Assembly (NCBI GenBank): GCA_964019335.1
Contig: OZ025698.1
Span: forward strand, 470,343-534,342
Reading direction: 5' to 3'
DNA length: 64,000 nucleotides
Source: Diplonema japonicum
Lineage: Eukaryota > Protista > Euglenozoa: Diplonemea
Positions 27,940 to 37,901 of the stretch are shown one piece after another (within the stretch, counting starts at the first letter, position 1; every line of letters begins with the position of its first letter). Both the position numbers and the translations under genes were made by a program. The notes beneath the pieces were generated by a model that was not told where the DNA came from, searched no databases, and saw only the letters and a program-made list of their open reading frames with translations.

Positions 27940-29895
27940 ATGAGACTCCCATTGTTGCTGGTATTTGGCGTAGCACAGTTGGTTACAGCCCAGGACGTCA
28001 AATTGTTGGGCGAACAAGCAATCAATCCTCATAGTGATAAGGTGGTAGTATACAAGGACCACGCGTATCTCTTCAACCAGTACATACACATTTATGATGT
28101 GTCTGACAGAGCAAACCCCATCCTGGTAGGTATCGATGATGACCAAGACCCTCAGGGTTATAAAATATGGACAGGTCTTGTTGACAGCGACAACAAGAGG
28201 ATGTATGTGTATTATAGGTTATCGATGCATATCTTCGATCTTGACAACCCTGCTTCGCCGAAAAGAATACAAAAACTAGACTTTCCTTCTGAATGTGAAT
28301 GGCACGGGAAGCACGGAGCCGCACACGGAACCATGCTGCAGACCGACACGCGTGTCTATTTCCACTGCACTTGGTTCGATTCTACTTCGGCAAAGGAACA
28401 CGACCTCAGACTAGTTGCTCTTCAGAAAGACCCTGTTACAGTCACCATAGCGACCGACGTGGTCGTTCACAACGACGAATTATCGTACAGCATGACACTT
28501 CATGACGACATTATTTACTTAATCGTGAAACATTACGACACACGGGACCTTTCGATGCAAAGAGTCCGCATCGAACCCCAAGGAACCATGACTCTCTTGT
28601 TGACGGATTGGGATCTCCCCAGAAAGGTAGAGTTTCACTCGCTGACCTACTACAACGGGTTTCTTTACGCCACATGTACGAGAATAGGTGAGGACAAGCT
28701 ATGGAAGTTTGATCCCAACACCGGGGCAATTCTGCCTTTACAAATATCTTTGCCTAACAACCTCAACAGATGGAACAGGTGCAGGCATCTGCGGTTTTAT
28801 GCGTCGAAGGCTTACCTAGCCTGTGAGAAAGGCCTCATGGTACTTGAAGAGACGATGCCCGACACTTTCACTCTGCACTACGGCGATCTGGCGTCGACGA
28901 AGAATTCGTTTCATCAGGATTTTGAATTTAGCGGGGCGAACCTCTTCGCACTCGACAGTTCTAAGTTAGTCGTCTACTCGGTACCGACACCACCCCCGAC
29001 ACCTGCTCCTACTTCTGCTCCTACGCACTTGGGCTGCTTCAAGACTTACCGTGCAAGGTTCTTGCCAAAGCATGTATACAGAGGGAGTTCAAACACCCCC
29101 ACAAGTTGCGCAGAACGCTGCTCTGACAAGGGTTATTCCTATGCGGGTGTAGAATACGGTCGAGAGTGTTGGTGCGGGAACAGCATCGCACGCTCTATTA
29201 AGACAGCAACGAAGGAGTGCAACAAAAAGTGCACGGGGGACCCCAACGAGTGGTGCGGCGGTGGACACAGGATGGACTTATACTCGTTGCAGAGCTACAC
29301 GCCTCCTCCACCACCTTCCCGTGTGGGGTGTTTCAAGGTGCAAACCAAATCTAGAGTGCTTACCACATTAGCGTTTCAAAGCCAGGGGAACACGGTGGAA
29401 GAGTGCACCTCTGTATGTCGGTGGAACAATTTCAAGTATGCTGGGCTTGAAAACGGCAATGAGTGTTGGTGTGGTAACAGCATGGCTGGAGCTGTGCGCA
29501 CAACAGTGACCGACTGTGACAGGCCGTGCCCAGGGGACGGGACACAGTGGTGTGGTGATGGGTACAGGAACCTTGCCTATGTTGTGGATGGGTCAGCAGC
29601 AGTGGTGCCGAGTGCGACCTACGAAGGTTGTTTCGCGAACAGTGTCAACTCAAGGCTGTTCCCAGTATTGGCCTACATTTCGCCTTCCGGGAACACGATG
29701 GAAGAGTGCACAGCGGCATGCTTCCACAACGGCTATTCCTATGCGGGTATGGAGTACAGGAGGGAGTGCTGGTGTGGCAACAGCGTTTCCTCTTCGTTGA
29801 AAGTTCCTGAGGACAAATGCAAGTTACAATGCTCAGGCAATTCGCAACAAACCTGCGGTGGACATGCAAAGCTCTCAGTTTACCGCAAGAATTAG
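27940..29895 (+). CDS. Secreted protein: LVIVD-like beta-propeller + Pro/Thr linker + 3 WSC domains
   Basis: Signal peptide MRLPLLLVFGVAQLVTA; IYDVSDRANP and IFDLDNPASP repeats; three GCF...C...C...YAGxEyGxECWCGN...C.G...CGG WSC modules. Confidence 0.88.
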   Translation: MRLPLLLVFGVAQLVTAQDVKLLGEQAINPHSDKVVVYKDHAYLFNQYIHIYDVSDRANPILVGIDDDQDPQGYKIWTGLVDSDNKRMYVYYRLSMHIFDLDNPASPKRIQKLDFPSECEWHGKHGAAHGTMLQTDTRVYFHCTWFDSTSAKEHDLRLVALQKDPVTVTIATDVVVHNDELSYSMTLHDDIIYLIVKHYDTRDLSMQRVRIEPQGTMTLLLTDWDLPRKVEFHSLTYYNGFLYATCTRIGEDKLWKFDPNTGAILPLQISLPNNLNRWNRCRHLRFYASKAYLACEKGLMVLEETMPDTFTLHYGDLASTKNSFHQDFEFSGANLFALDSSKLVVYSVPTPPPTPAPTSAPTHLGCFKTYRARFLPKHVYRGSSNTPTSCAERCSDKGYSYAGVEYGRECWCGNSIARSIKTATKECNKKCTGDPNEWCGGGHRMDLYSLQSYTPPPPPSRVGCFKVQTKSRVLTTLAFQSQGNTVEECTSVCRWNNFKYAGLENGNECWCGNSMAGAVRTTVTDCDRPCPGDGTQWCGDGYRNLAYVVDGSAAVVPSATYEGCFANSVNSRLFPVLAYISPSGNTMEECTAACFHNGYSYAGMEYRRECWCGNSVSSSLKVPEDKCKLQCSGNSQQTCGGHAKLSVYRKN

Positions 29896-29904
29896 ATGTT
29901 TTTT

Positions 29905-29935
<31 letters not shown>

Positions 29936-30499
29936 CACATAAACTACGGACCTGCGCTTTGAACCCAGGTTACTCAAGATGCAGACACCGCAGCTCACGC
30001 TCTTCTCTATTTCCTTTTTTTTCCCTTGTTTGGCAGTTCTTTATAAGTTTAAATGCCACGCTTTTGCTCTTTACCTCCCTTCTCCCCCCTCCCTTTTTTT
30101 TTTTACAACATTGTTAGTGCGGAGGCCGCACGGAACGAAAATGTTCCCCCAATTCTGACCATACCATACTTTGACCCCCTTTCAAGACTTGTGTGGAAAT
30201 AATAGCGTTGGGCTAACACCGCCTCTTTTTTTCTTCTTTTTTATTATTTGTGTATTTTTTGTATTGCTGAAAAAAGGCTGCTCGTTTTCTAGAAAAGGTA
30301 TAAATAAAAAATGAAGACCTCTTGCGAAGTGCAGTCTTCCTCACAGCTTTGTCAGGTGAATGAGAAGGCGACAAGGCTCGATTCCGGGGGGGGGGGGGGG
30401 GGGGGGGGGTTGTGTGTTCCTTTCATGGGGACGTACTTGGGGAACGTGGAGGCGAACTTCTGTCAATTTACAGGAGTACCAAAAAAAAAAAAAAAAAAA

Positions 30500-32035
30500 A
30501 TGGGACAAAAGCGAAAAGGGCCATTACTCAGCCTGCAGGTCGCCCTCCCTTCTAACGAAACCGTCGGCATCGACGTTGAAGCGAGCGACACCGTGACTGA
30601 AGTGAAGGCCATGGTCGCATCGATAACGGAATTTCGCACACAAAGCTTCATCTTGACTTTTGACGAAGAGGAGGTTGGCGGTGATAATGACGGGAGGCTG
30701 GTCGGGCAGCTTCCCTTTGAGGATCAAAGCACGCTTCAGGTCGTGTTGAGTGGGAAAGAAGCCGCGTTGATGCGGCTTGCTGATATGGGTCATTCTTCCT
30801 TGACCTTTAGCTCCTTTCTATCAAGCGTGAATGACACCAGCGAGGAGGCCGACGCTAGGTACTCCATGTTGCTGAGCTTAATGGTGAAGGCGGAGCTCTT
30901 TGGGAACAAGCAACAGGTGCAGCAGATGATTATCAAAGCCGCCAAAAAAGATCTCCCGCTGTGTGCCGAGGAGGCTCTGAAAGTGTGCCTTGAAGTGAAC
31001 GACTTGAAAGATGAAAACGGGTTAACCCCCTTGCACCATGTAGCGGCTTATGAGTCTCACAGAGTAGCTGTTGTCTTGCTGAGGTACGGCTGCGATGTCG
31101 ATGCAAGGGACAGCCACAACCGTACACCGCTTCATGTAGCAGCCGGGCACCGAATGGGACTCAGCATTGCGACTGTGCTTCTGGCGCACAATGCTGACCC
31201 CAACGTGCAGGACAGAGATGGTAGAACCTCCCTCCACTTGGCGGCTAAGACCAATGATGCAGTTATCACTCTCCTCTTGCACCACAACGCATCGGTCGAT
31301 GCTGTTGACTGCAGCGGCAAAACAGCTCTCCACTATGCTCTTGCCTCTCACAACGGCTTTTCGCGTGTTTCTCTATTGCTTCAGAACAATGCGGACGTCA
31401 ACGCCAGGGACACGCAGGGAAGGAACGCCCTGCACCACGTCAGCACGGCAGCTAGGACGGGGATCACGGAGATTACATCGCTGCTGCTGCGGAACAACGC
31501 CGATGTCCATGCGAGGGACAACGGAGGTATGATGGCAGATAACAATACCTGGCCAACAGGGCGCACACCTTTGCACGTAGCTGCGACAAGTTATTCTGGA
31601 GGAGGGCCTATGGTGCCACGGGCATTCCAGAATTTGTTAGAACGGCTTGTCTCAGAGATAGTTACACTGTTGCTGGAAAACAATTCTGATGCTTGTACAA
31701 CGGACGACCACGGGCGTACACCTTTGCACCACGCGTCGACGGTGGCGGTGGTAAAGCTTCTGCTGCGGCATAAGGCCAACATCAACGCTAAAGATTGCAA
31801 CGGCATGACCCCACTGCACAGCTTCGCCAGCTACCCTTCCAAGGTCTCAGTGGCCGAATACCTGCTGCAGAACAACGCAGACATCTATGCCAGGGACAGC
31901 CACAACAGGACTCCTCTCGACCTCGCTGAAGAAGAGGCAAGTGAAAGCGCTGCATTGTGGGAAAAAAACACCATGAAGGATCTTGTCGCCCTTTTGCAGG
32001 GGCATTATGAAAAAGCGAAAACAACCGACAGTTGA
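30500..32035 (+). CDS. Ubiquitin-like + ankyrin-repeat protein
   Basis: ATG follows poly(A); Ubl-like N-terminus similar to the 13354 gene; many G-T-PLH ankyrin repeats. Confidence 0.88.
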   Translation: MGQKRKGPLLSLQVALPSNETVGIDVEASDTVTEVKAMVASITEFRTQSFILTFDEEEVGGDNDGRLVGQLPFEDQSTLQVVLSGKEAALMRLADMGHSSLTFSSFLSSVNDTSEEADARYSMLLSLMVKAELFGNKQQVQQMIIKAAKKDLPLCAEEALKVCLEVNDLKDENGLTPLHHVAAYESHRVAVVLLRYGCDVDARDSHNRTPLHVAAGHRMGLSIATVLLAHNADPNVQDRDGRTSLHLAAKTNDAVITLLLHHNASVDAVDCSGKTALHYALASHNGFSRVSLLLQNNADVNARDTQGRNALHHVSTAARTGITEITSLLLRNNADVHARDNGGMMADNNTWPTGRTPLHVAATSYSGGGPMVPRAFQNLLERLVSEIVTLLLENNSDACTTDDHGRTPLHHASTVAVVKLLLRHKANINAKDCNGMTPLHSFASYPSKVSVAEYLLQNNADIYARDSHNRTPLDLAEEEASESAALWEKNTMKDLVALLQGHYEKAKTTDS

Positions 32036-32136
32036 AGGAAAAAAAAAAAAAGTTGTCTAATGCAACCGTGCCATCCTTTAAAAAAAAGAAGAAAAAAAGA
32101 TGCTGAACAGGAAGAGGGGGAGGGGTGGGTGAGGGG

Positions 32137-34659
32137 ATGTATTCGATCAGGCTGTTGAGCATAGCTCTTCTGTTTGGATGCATAGTGCTGACGGCCGTGC
32201 TGTGCCTGAGTGTGGCAGTGATGAGCTCGGACGAAGCAATTCACAGGATAAGAAATTCCTGGGACAGCTCAGTAAACGACGCTTTCGTTGCTGGCGAGTC
32301 CAGTGTGTTGGCGGCGGTAAACCAGAACTTACACATCCTTGGGGATCAAGCACTGCAGTTTTTGGATGCATTCTTCACACGGCACCGGATCGTGGCGCAA
32401 ACCTCCTTCGAATTCTTCGAAAGAACAGCACCCGGCGATTTGGAACCCTCCTGGGAGACGATATATAGCCATCGTTACACGCTGTGGAACCTCTTCCGTG
32501 TGAGCAACCAGGCAGGGCTCACCTCGCTAGGAATTATAACACACGACTACAAAGTTCTTATCATATCAGAGTACTCGACCACCTTGTTTCGTGGTCCCGA
32601 TGAGTACCACCACCTTTTTTATCTCGTTAACAACGGTACTAGCTATGACAGCCAGGGAACTTTTGGTAGCACGCGTGGGGTTCCTGCCAAGTACCGCCTC
32701 ATCTCGACTTCTGCTAATGTGCAAACAGGTGACGTGCATGGTTTCCCGCACGACGTGGGAAACCTCTACCTAGGAACCTGCAAGCTGGGGTACACCAGCG
32801 CCATTGCCACAAACGGCACAAAACTTGACCGGGCATGCTCAGTCGACATGCTCCCCGCCGCAGATATCCAAGGATCCAACTGGGTCCTGCCTTCCCCCGA
32901 GCAGGGCCTCGACGGCATGCGGTGGGCAAACCCCATAAACATAAACCACAACGGCTACAGCGTCATGTTCTTCTACGGCATCTTCGGTCACAGCACGCGG
33001 TTCAAGGTGGGGCAGGTGTTCGGGGGCGTGGACTTGAGAAGCCTTAAAAGGTTCGTGAGTGAAATCCAGATAGGCGTTCAACAACAAAAAGCCTCATACG
33101 GCAGGCTGTACACAGCGGTGAGGGAGTACTGGCTTGTCGACGTCCCTATGACGCTTATTGCAGTGTCGCATGGGAACGCCACTATAGAAGACCCTGCGAA
33201 CCCAGGCAGTATAATGTCGCTTGCGCCGCAGAACGCAACAGACGATATTATCGCACGGACAGCGGAAGTTATAGATACAACACTGAATGGGCATGAAGCG
33301 CTGCTCGAGACGAAGGAACTCGTGAAGTACACAATCACGACGGACCGATCAGCAGACGGTGAAGCATTCTACGTGAAGGTACGGCGGTTCTACGATGCGT
33401 ACGGGATCGACTGGTACGTGGTGATCATCCTGGACAGGGAGAACATCTTGGGCAAGATCGAACACGATTTCCTCCTCACAGAGCAGGCCATCAAACAATC
33501 GCAGACAGAAGTGGACCACGACCTCAGCAGCACCCGCAAAATCATGTATGTAACAGTTGTGAGCGGTGCCTTAATGATGGTGGTGTTGTGTGTCGTCCTT
33601 GTTCTGCGTATCACGGAGCCCCTCTTACGACTTGCAAGGGAAATGGCCCTAGTAGCTGTCATGGACCTGGAGCGTGTGAACATCAAGAAGCGGAGCACCC
33701 TCTCAGAAGTCCGTGGCATGCAGGACTCTTTTGCAATGATGATCTCGAACCTTATTGAGTACCGCAATTATATGCCGGCCTCGATTCTCATTAACGAAAT
33801 CACGAGCGACTCGAGTGAGCAGCGGCTGCAACGGCACGAGTCGGAGGGCTCCAGTTCGAGTCTGGCTGCCGTGAAAACTTCGTTCGTCATGCGCATGGAG
33901 TTGAAGGTGAAAACGGTGTGCCTCGCAGCCTTGAACCTACGGAAGTGGTTGTCAGAAAAATCCCCGATCCTGTTTCACAAATCGTATCTAGAGACGGTGC
34001 TTGCCGTCACGAGTCTACGCAAAACACTGGTTGACGAGTTCATAGGGGACAGGGTCTTTATGTCGGGGAACGGGGCAAAACATTCAAGTAACCCAGGCAG
34101 TGAGATGTGCCATGTGATGCTCAGCGTGGCGGAGCGATGCAAGCAAGTAGGACTGAAGGTGTCGGGCACCGCAACCATCGGAAAAGTTCAATGCGGGAAT
34201 ATCGGCTGTTCGAGGATGAAGAAGTACTCGTTCGTGGGGCCCCTGGCGTCATGGCTACATATATTCGCCCACATCTCACGCCATTTCGACGCATCCCCCC
34301 TTATGATTGATGAGGTGCTGTGCGAGTCAGTCGGGCAGACAGCCTTTCAAATCAAGCTTGTGGACAAGGTGACCTATAAGAAGCTCCGTGATAACAGTTT
34401 CACCCTTCATCATCTTGTGTCGGGAGGGCAGGAGATCGCTCACAGTGAATGGATGTATTCGTTAGAAGGGAATAAGAAGACGAATCCCCACCGCACCTAC
34501 AACATCGTGATGAGCGCTGTGATCGAAAATCACTTTGACACGGCTACCAGTCTACTGCTGAACGTAGAGGCATCTGATAGGACCTACTTGCAAAAAATCA
34601 TCAACGAGAGAAAAAAGGTTTCCACCCGTTTTCTCATGGACCTTGATTCTTTGCAATGA
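32137..34659 (+). CDS. Receptor-type protein: TM - extracellular (Cache-like) - TM - HAMP-like - degenerate class III nucleotidyl cyclase
   Basis: Two hydrophobic segments; ITEPLLRLAREM...EVRGMQDSF..M...L.EYRNYMP; DEFIGDRV; GNIG..MKKYSFVG. Confidence 0.75.
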   Translation: MYSIRLLSIALLFGCIVLTAVLCLSVAVMSSDEAIHRIRNSWDSSVNDAFVAGESSVLAAVNQNLHILGDQALQFLDAFFTRHRIVAQTSFEFFERTAPGDLEPSWETIYSHRYTLWNLFRVSNQAGLTSLGIITHDYKVLIISEYSTTLFRGPDEYHHLFYLVNNGTSYDSQGTFGSTRGVPAKYRLISTSANVQTGDVHGFPHDVGNLYLGTCKLGYTSAIATNGTKLDRACSVDMLPAADIQGSNWVLPSPEQGLDGMRWANPININHNGYSVMFFYGIFGHSTRFKVGQVFGGVDLRSLKRFVSEIQIGVQQQKASYGRLYTAVREYWLVDVPMTLIAVSHGNATIEDPANPGSIMSLAPQNATDDIIARTAEVIDTTLNGHEALLETKELVKYTITTDRSADGEAFYVKVRRFYDAYGIDWYVVIILDRENILGKIEHDFLLTEQAIKQSQTEVDHDLSSTRKIMYVTVVSGALMMVVLCVVLVLRITEPLLRLAREMALVAVMDLERVNIKKRSTLSEVRGMQDSFAMMISNLIEYRNYMPASILINEITSDSSEQRLQRHESEGSSSSLAAVKTSFVMRMELKVKTVCLAALNLRKWLSEKSPILFHKSYLETVLAVTSLRKTLVDEFIGDRVFMSGNGAKHSSNPGSEMCHVMLSVAERCKQVGLKVSGTATIGKVQCGNIGCSRMKKYSFVGPLASWLHIFAHISRHFDASPLMIDEVLCESVGQTAFQIKLVDKVTYKKLRDNSFTLHHLVSGGQEIAHSEWMYSLEGNKKTNPHRTYNIVMSAVIENHFDTATSLLLNVEASDRTYLQKIINERKKVSTRFLMDLDSLQ

Positions 34660-34671
34660 AGGGAATAACCG

Positions 34672-34708
<37 letters not shown>

Positions 34709-35717
34709 GGGTGGTGGGGATAACATGGAAATATAAGAAGTACATCAGATGTGTTGTTCGCTGTTGACCTCCTCGTCGGTCATCACCGGTAGCGCCCGAG
34801 TGGAAGAACGTATCGCAGATGCTCAGGGTGACGAACAGGCAGCAAACTGCACGAGCGCAGAATCTTGGTTACCCGGGACGCCCCGGCTAGGGTTGAGCAC
34901 ACCGCATGCATTAAGGACACGACGCGGAACGCAGAAGAAGCTACTGCTCGGCCGAGGAGCGCCCCCTGTAATCAAGTAGGTATTTCGTGCTTCGTTGCAC
35001 GCTTAACGCCACCTAGTGTTGCAATCAAAGCCCCATTTTTTTTTTCTTTTTTTCTTTGCCACTCCTTGTCTCTCCCGTTGCCTGTTTATACGGACAACGG
35101 CTGGAAATGCTGTTTTTTTTTCTACTTATTCTTTTCTTTTTCTGTGATTCCTTTTTTTTGGGGGGGGGGACCAATGTTTCCAACCTCCCTGTGGTGGTTC
35201 CTGGTAATTGTGGTTTGGAGAAACACAAGCGAAAGGGAAACTCTCGTTCTAAAGCCGTACACGTGGGGAAACCTGGACGGGGGTGGAGAGCCCACCCTAC
35301 GCGTGGCGCCAGTTAGCATCGCCCTCAACGGAGAGTCCCTTATCCCATTACATCGAACAAGGAGGTGGCTTCACCAGGTCAGGCAAGTAGCCTCCCCGCG
35401 GCATCGTGCCAGTGAAGCAAGCCTCCCACAACTCTCCAGTTGGTGTTTAATTGCTTCTGTGGCCCCTCTCCCTATTTCAATTTCCAAGCTTTCTTTACCT
35501 CACCACTTTTACTTTCTACGGGACCACAGGGGACTTGGGAGGCTTCGGGGCGAAGTTTCACAAGGGTGGCCGCTGTGTCACATACTGCATGGCACCACTA
35601 AAATCGAGACAACTTTTTTTTGTTTTCTTCTTCGGTGAGGGGGTTCAAAAAAAAAAAAATACAAAAAAAGAAAAAGGCGAAGGAACAAAAAAAAAAAAAA
35701 TAATAATAATAATAAGA

Positions 35718-36779
35718 ATGCAAGCATCACTGATACTATTTCTAGCAGGGTGTTGCGGTCTCGCTGCTGCGGACGACTGGACCCCGCATTATACAAAACT
35801 AGGGAGTTATGACGCGAGAGTATACGAGACAAGCATGTTCTACTGGAAGAAGACAGGGAAGTACGTGTTGCTGGAGAACATCCCTTGCGGCTACTGGGGG
35901 CACGCGGGGCAGTGGGAACCGGAGTACAAGAACCACAGCTACTACAGGATCAGGGACTTCGAGACGGGGGCCGTCATGACAAACATCTCAAGCAGCATCG
36001 GGATGGGGTTCGGCGCGTCCTTCATTGACTACGACAACCAACGCGCATGGGTGTTCGGGACAAGCTACGACAGGTGCAACAACTCACACAACAGCCCTAC
36101 AGGCCCACCAGGGGTGTACGCATGGTGGTCCGACGACCTCCTCACATGGAACAGGGCCAAGACCGACGCCAACTGGACACAGTACAACGTCGATGTTGCC
36201 AGGGTCTACGGCCAGTCCCCACCTGGCATCCCTACTCATAAGTACGTCATGGCGACCGAGGACGGCTCAGCCTGGCTCATCAACGACTCACCCGATGGAA
36301 ACCTCACCAAAGGCTGGGTGCTCCTTGACCAGCAAAAGTACAGGGGCGGTGTTGCTGCCTGTCCCTCCGTGCGGTACCTCCCGTCGGATGGGTACTACTA
36401 CACAGTTTCCGGCGGCCATGTTATTTACATCCAGCGAAGCAAGGACCTTCAGAACTGGGAGAAGGCACCCGCTCCCTTCGTGCAGCCCTCGCCCGGCGAT
36501 GTTCGTATCCCGCCTTTTGTGGGTTCCATTGCTAACTACGGTGAAAACCCTTCGACATGGGTTTCCATGGCCAACAGGGACAAGTGGGACCACAACAGCA
36601 ACGATTGCGACCTGTGCTGCGAGTCGTGGGGCGGGGCCAGCGAGGTCCAGGAATCGTGGGTTGTCTATGGTGCGTCCGATCAGGGGTCGAAGGAATGGCA
36701 GCAGGGGCCCGAGGGTTTCTCTGCTTTAGGGCATGCAAAGATGCCGCTTGATAAGCTGCTCCAGTCTTATTTTGAGTAG
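35718..36779 (+). CDS. Secreted beta-propeller protein, glycoside hydrolase (GH43/32/130 clan)-like
   Basis: Signal peptide; propeller-type motifs (WWSDDLLTW, ACPSVRY...YYY, QRSKDLQNWE, NSNDCDLC). The family assignment is tentative. Confidence 0.6.
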   Translation: MQASLILFLAGCCGLAAADDWTPHYTKLGSYDARVYETSMFYWKKTGKYVLLENIPCGYWGHAGQWEPEYKNHSYYRIRDFETGAVMTNISSSIGMGFGASFIDYDNQRAWVFGTSYDRCNNSHNSPTGPPGVYAWWSDDLLTWNRAKTDANWTQYNVDVARVYGQSPPGIPTHKYVMATEDGSAWLINDSPDGNLTKGWVLLDQQKYRGGVAACPSVRYLPSDGYYYTVSGGHVIYIQRSKDLQNWEKAPAPFVQPSPGDVRIPPFVGSIANYGENPSTWVSMANRDKWDHNSNDCDLCCESWGGASEVQESWVVYGASDQGSKEWQQGPEGFSALGHAKMPLDKLLQSYFE

Positions 36780-36988
36780 TGCTCCATGCCCCCCCCCCTT
36801 TTTTTTTATACGTATTTCTACGTTTCCAGTATGACCCCGACCGTCGTTGTTAATGGAACCAGCATTTTTTTTTTTGTTGATGCACCAAACGTTTCTTTTT
36901 CCTTCCCCCCCCCCCCCCCCCCTTCTTCTTTTTTTTTCTTCAAAGAGCGGCGATTGTTGTTGTTTATTTTTTCAAAGTCTTTTTGGTT

Positions 36989-37023
<35 letters not shown>

Positions 37024-37901
37024 CTGCGTAACGATGAAAAGAGAGGGAGGAAAAGAAAGGATAGAACAAAAAAAAAAATGATAAAAAATAGAATTCCTTT
37101 TTCTTTTTCTCTTTCTCTATGTGCTTGTTCCTAAGACTATTGAATCAAAATACCCCTTTTTTTTCCTGTTCAAGAAAGAAAATAGACGAAACCCCTTAAG
37201 GCAAGTAAATATGCGTGTTTCTTTTTTTTGGCAAGACCACCGTGCTGGTGGTGAATGGGGGCAAGGGGGTCTCACAAAGACCTCCTTTAACTCGTATTTT
37301 TCTTTTCTTCGCATCTCTCTCCCCGTTTTTTTCAAGTGATTTTTTTTTTTTTTTTTATATAACTCCAGTCAGATTTTCAAGGGTGGGAGTGAATATAATA
37401 TTTCACATTATTTCACGCTTCACTTTATTTTCATTGTAGATTTCAGGCTTGTTTTAGGAAGAAAACAGGGGCAGAATGAAAATTACTTTATGAGTGAATA
37501 AAAAGTACTTTATATTCACGCTAGCCCTATTTTCACTGCACAGCAAGGGGTCGGGGGCGAAAACACGGAAAAACCCCGCGGGTGATCGGTTAACCCTGGA
37601 TACTATGAAAAAGGGAGAGAAAGATAAAAAGGGAGGGAAACAAAGCCGCATTATTCAATTTGAGATGTAAACCCGCAACTACTTTCCTTCTCTTTCCCTT
37701 CTCTCGTTTGAGACTTACATTGAGTGAAAATCTGTCTTCAGACACCAAATGGAGGGCCACTTACACAGAAATTCTTTAAGAGTCCTCTCCGTTCAAGGTC
37801 GAGCATTTATTCCCTTTTTTTTTTTTTCTTCTTTCTTCGGGCGAAAAAAAAAAAAAAAAAAAAGTATAACACAAAACAAAAACAAAAAAAAAAAAAACCA
37901 A

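Noticed and set aside
34740-35620. Coding-like patches between the cyclase-like and hydrolase-like genes
   Set aside because: No coherent frame, splice model or recognisable domain.
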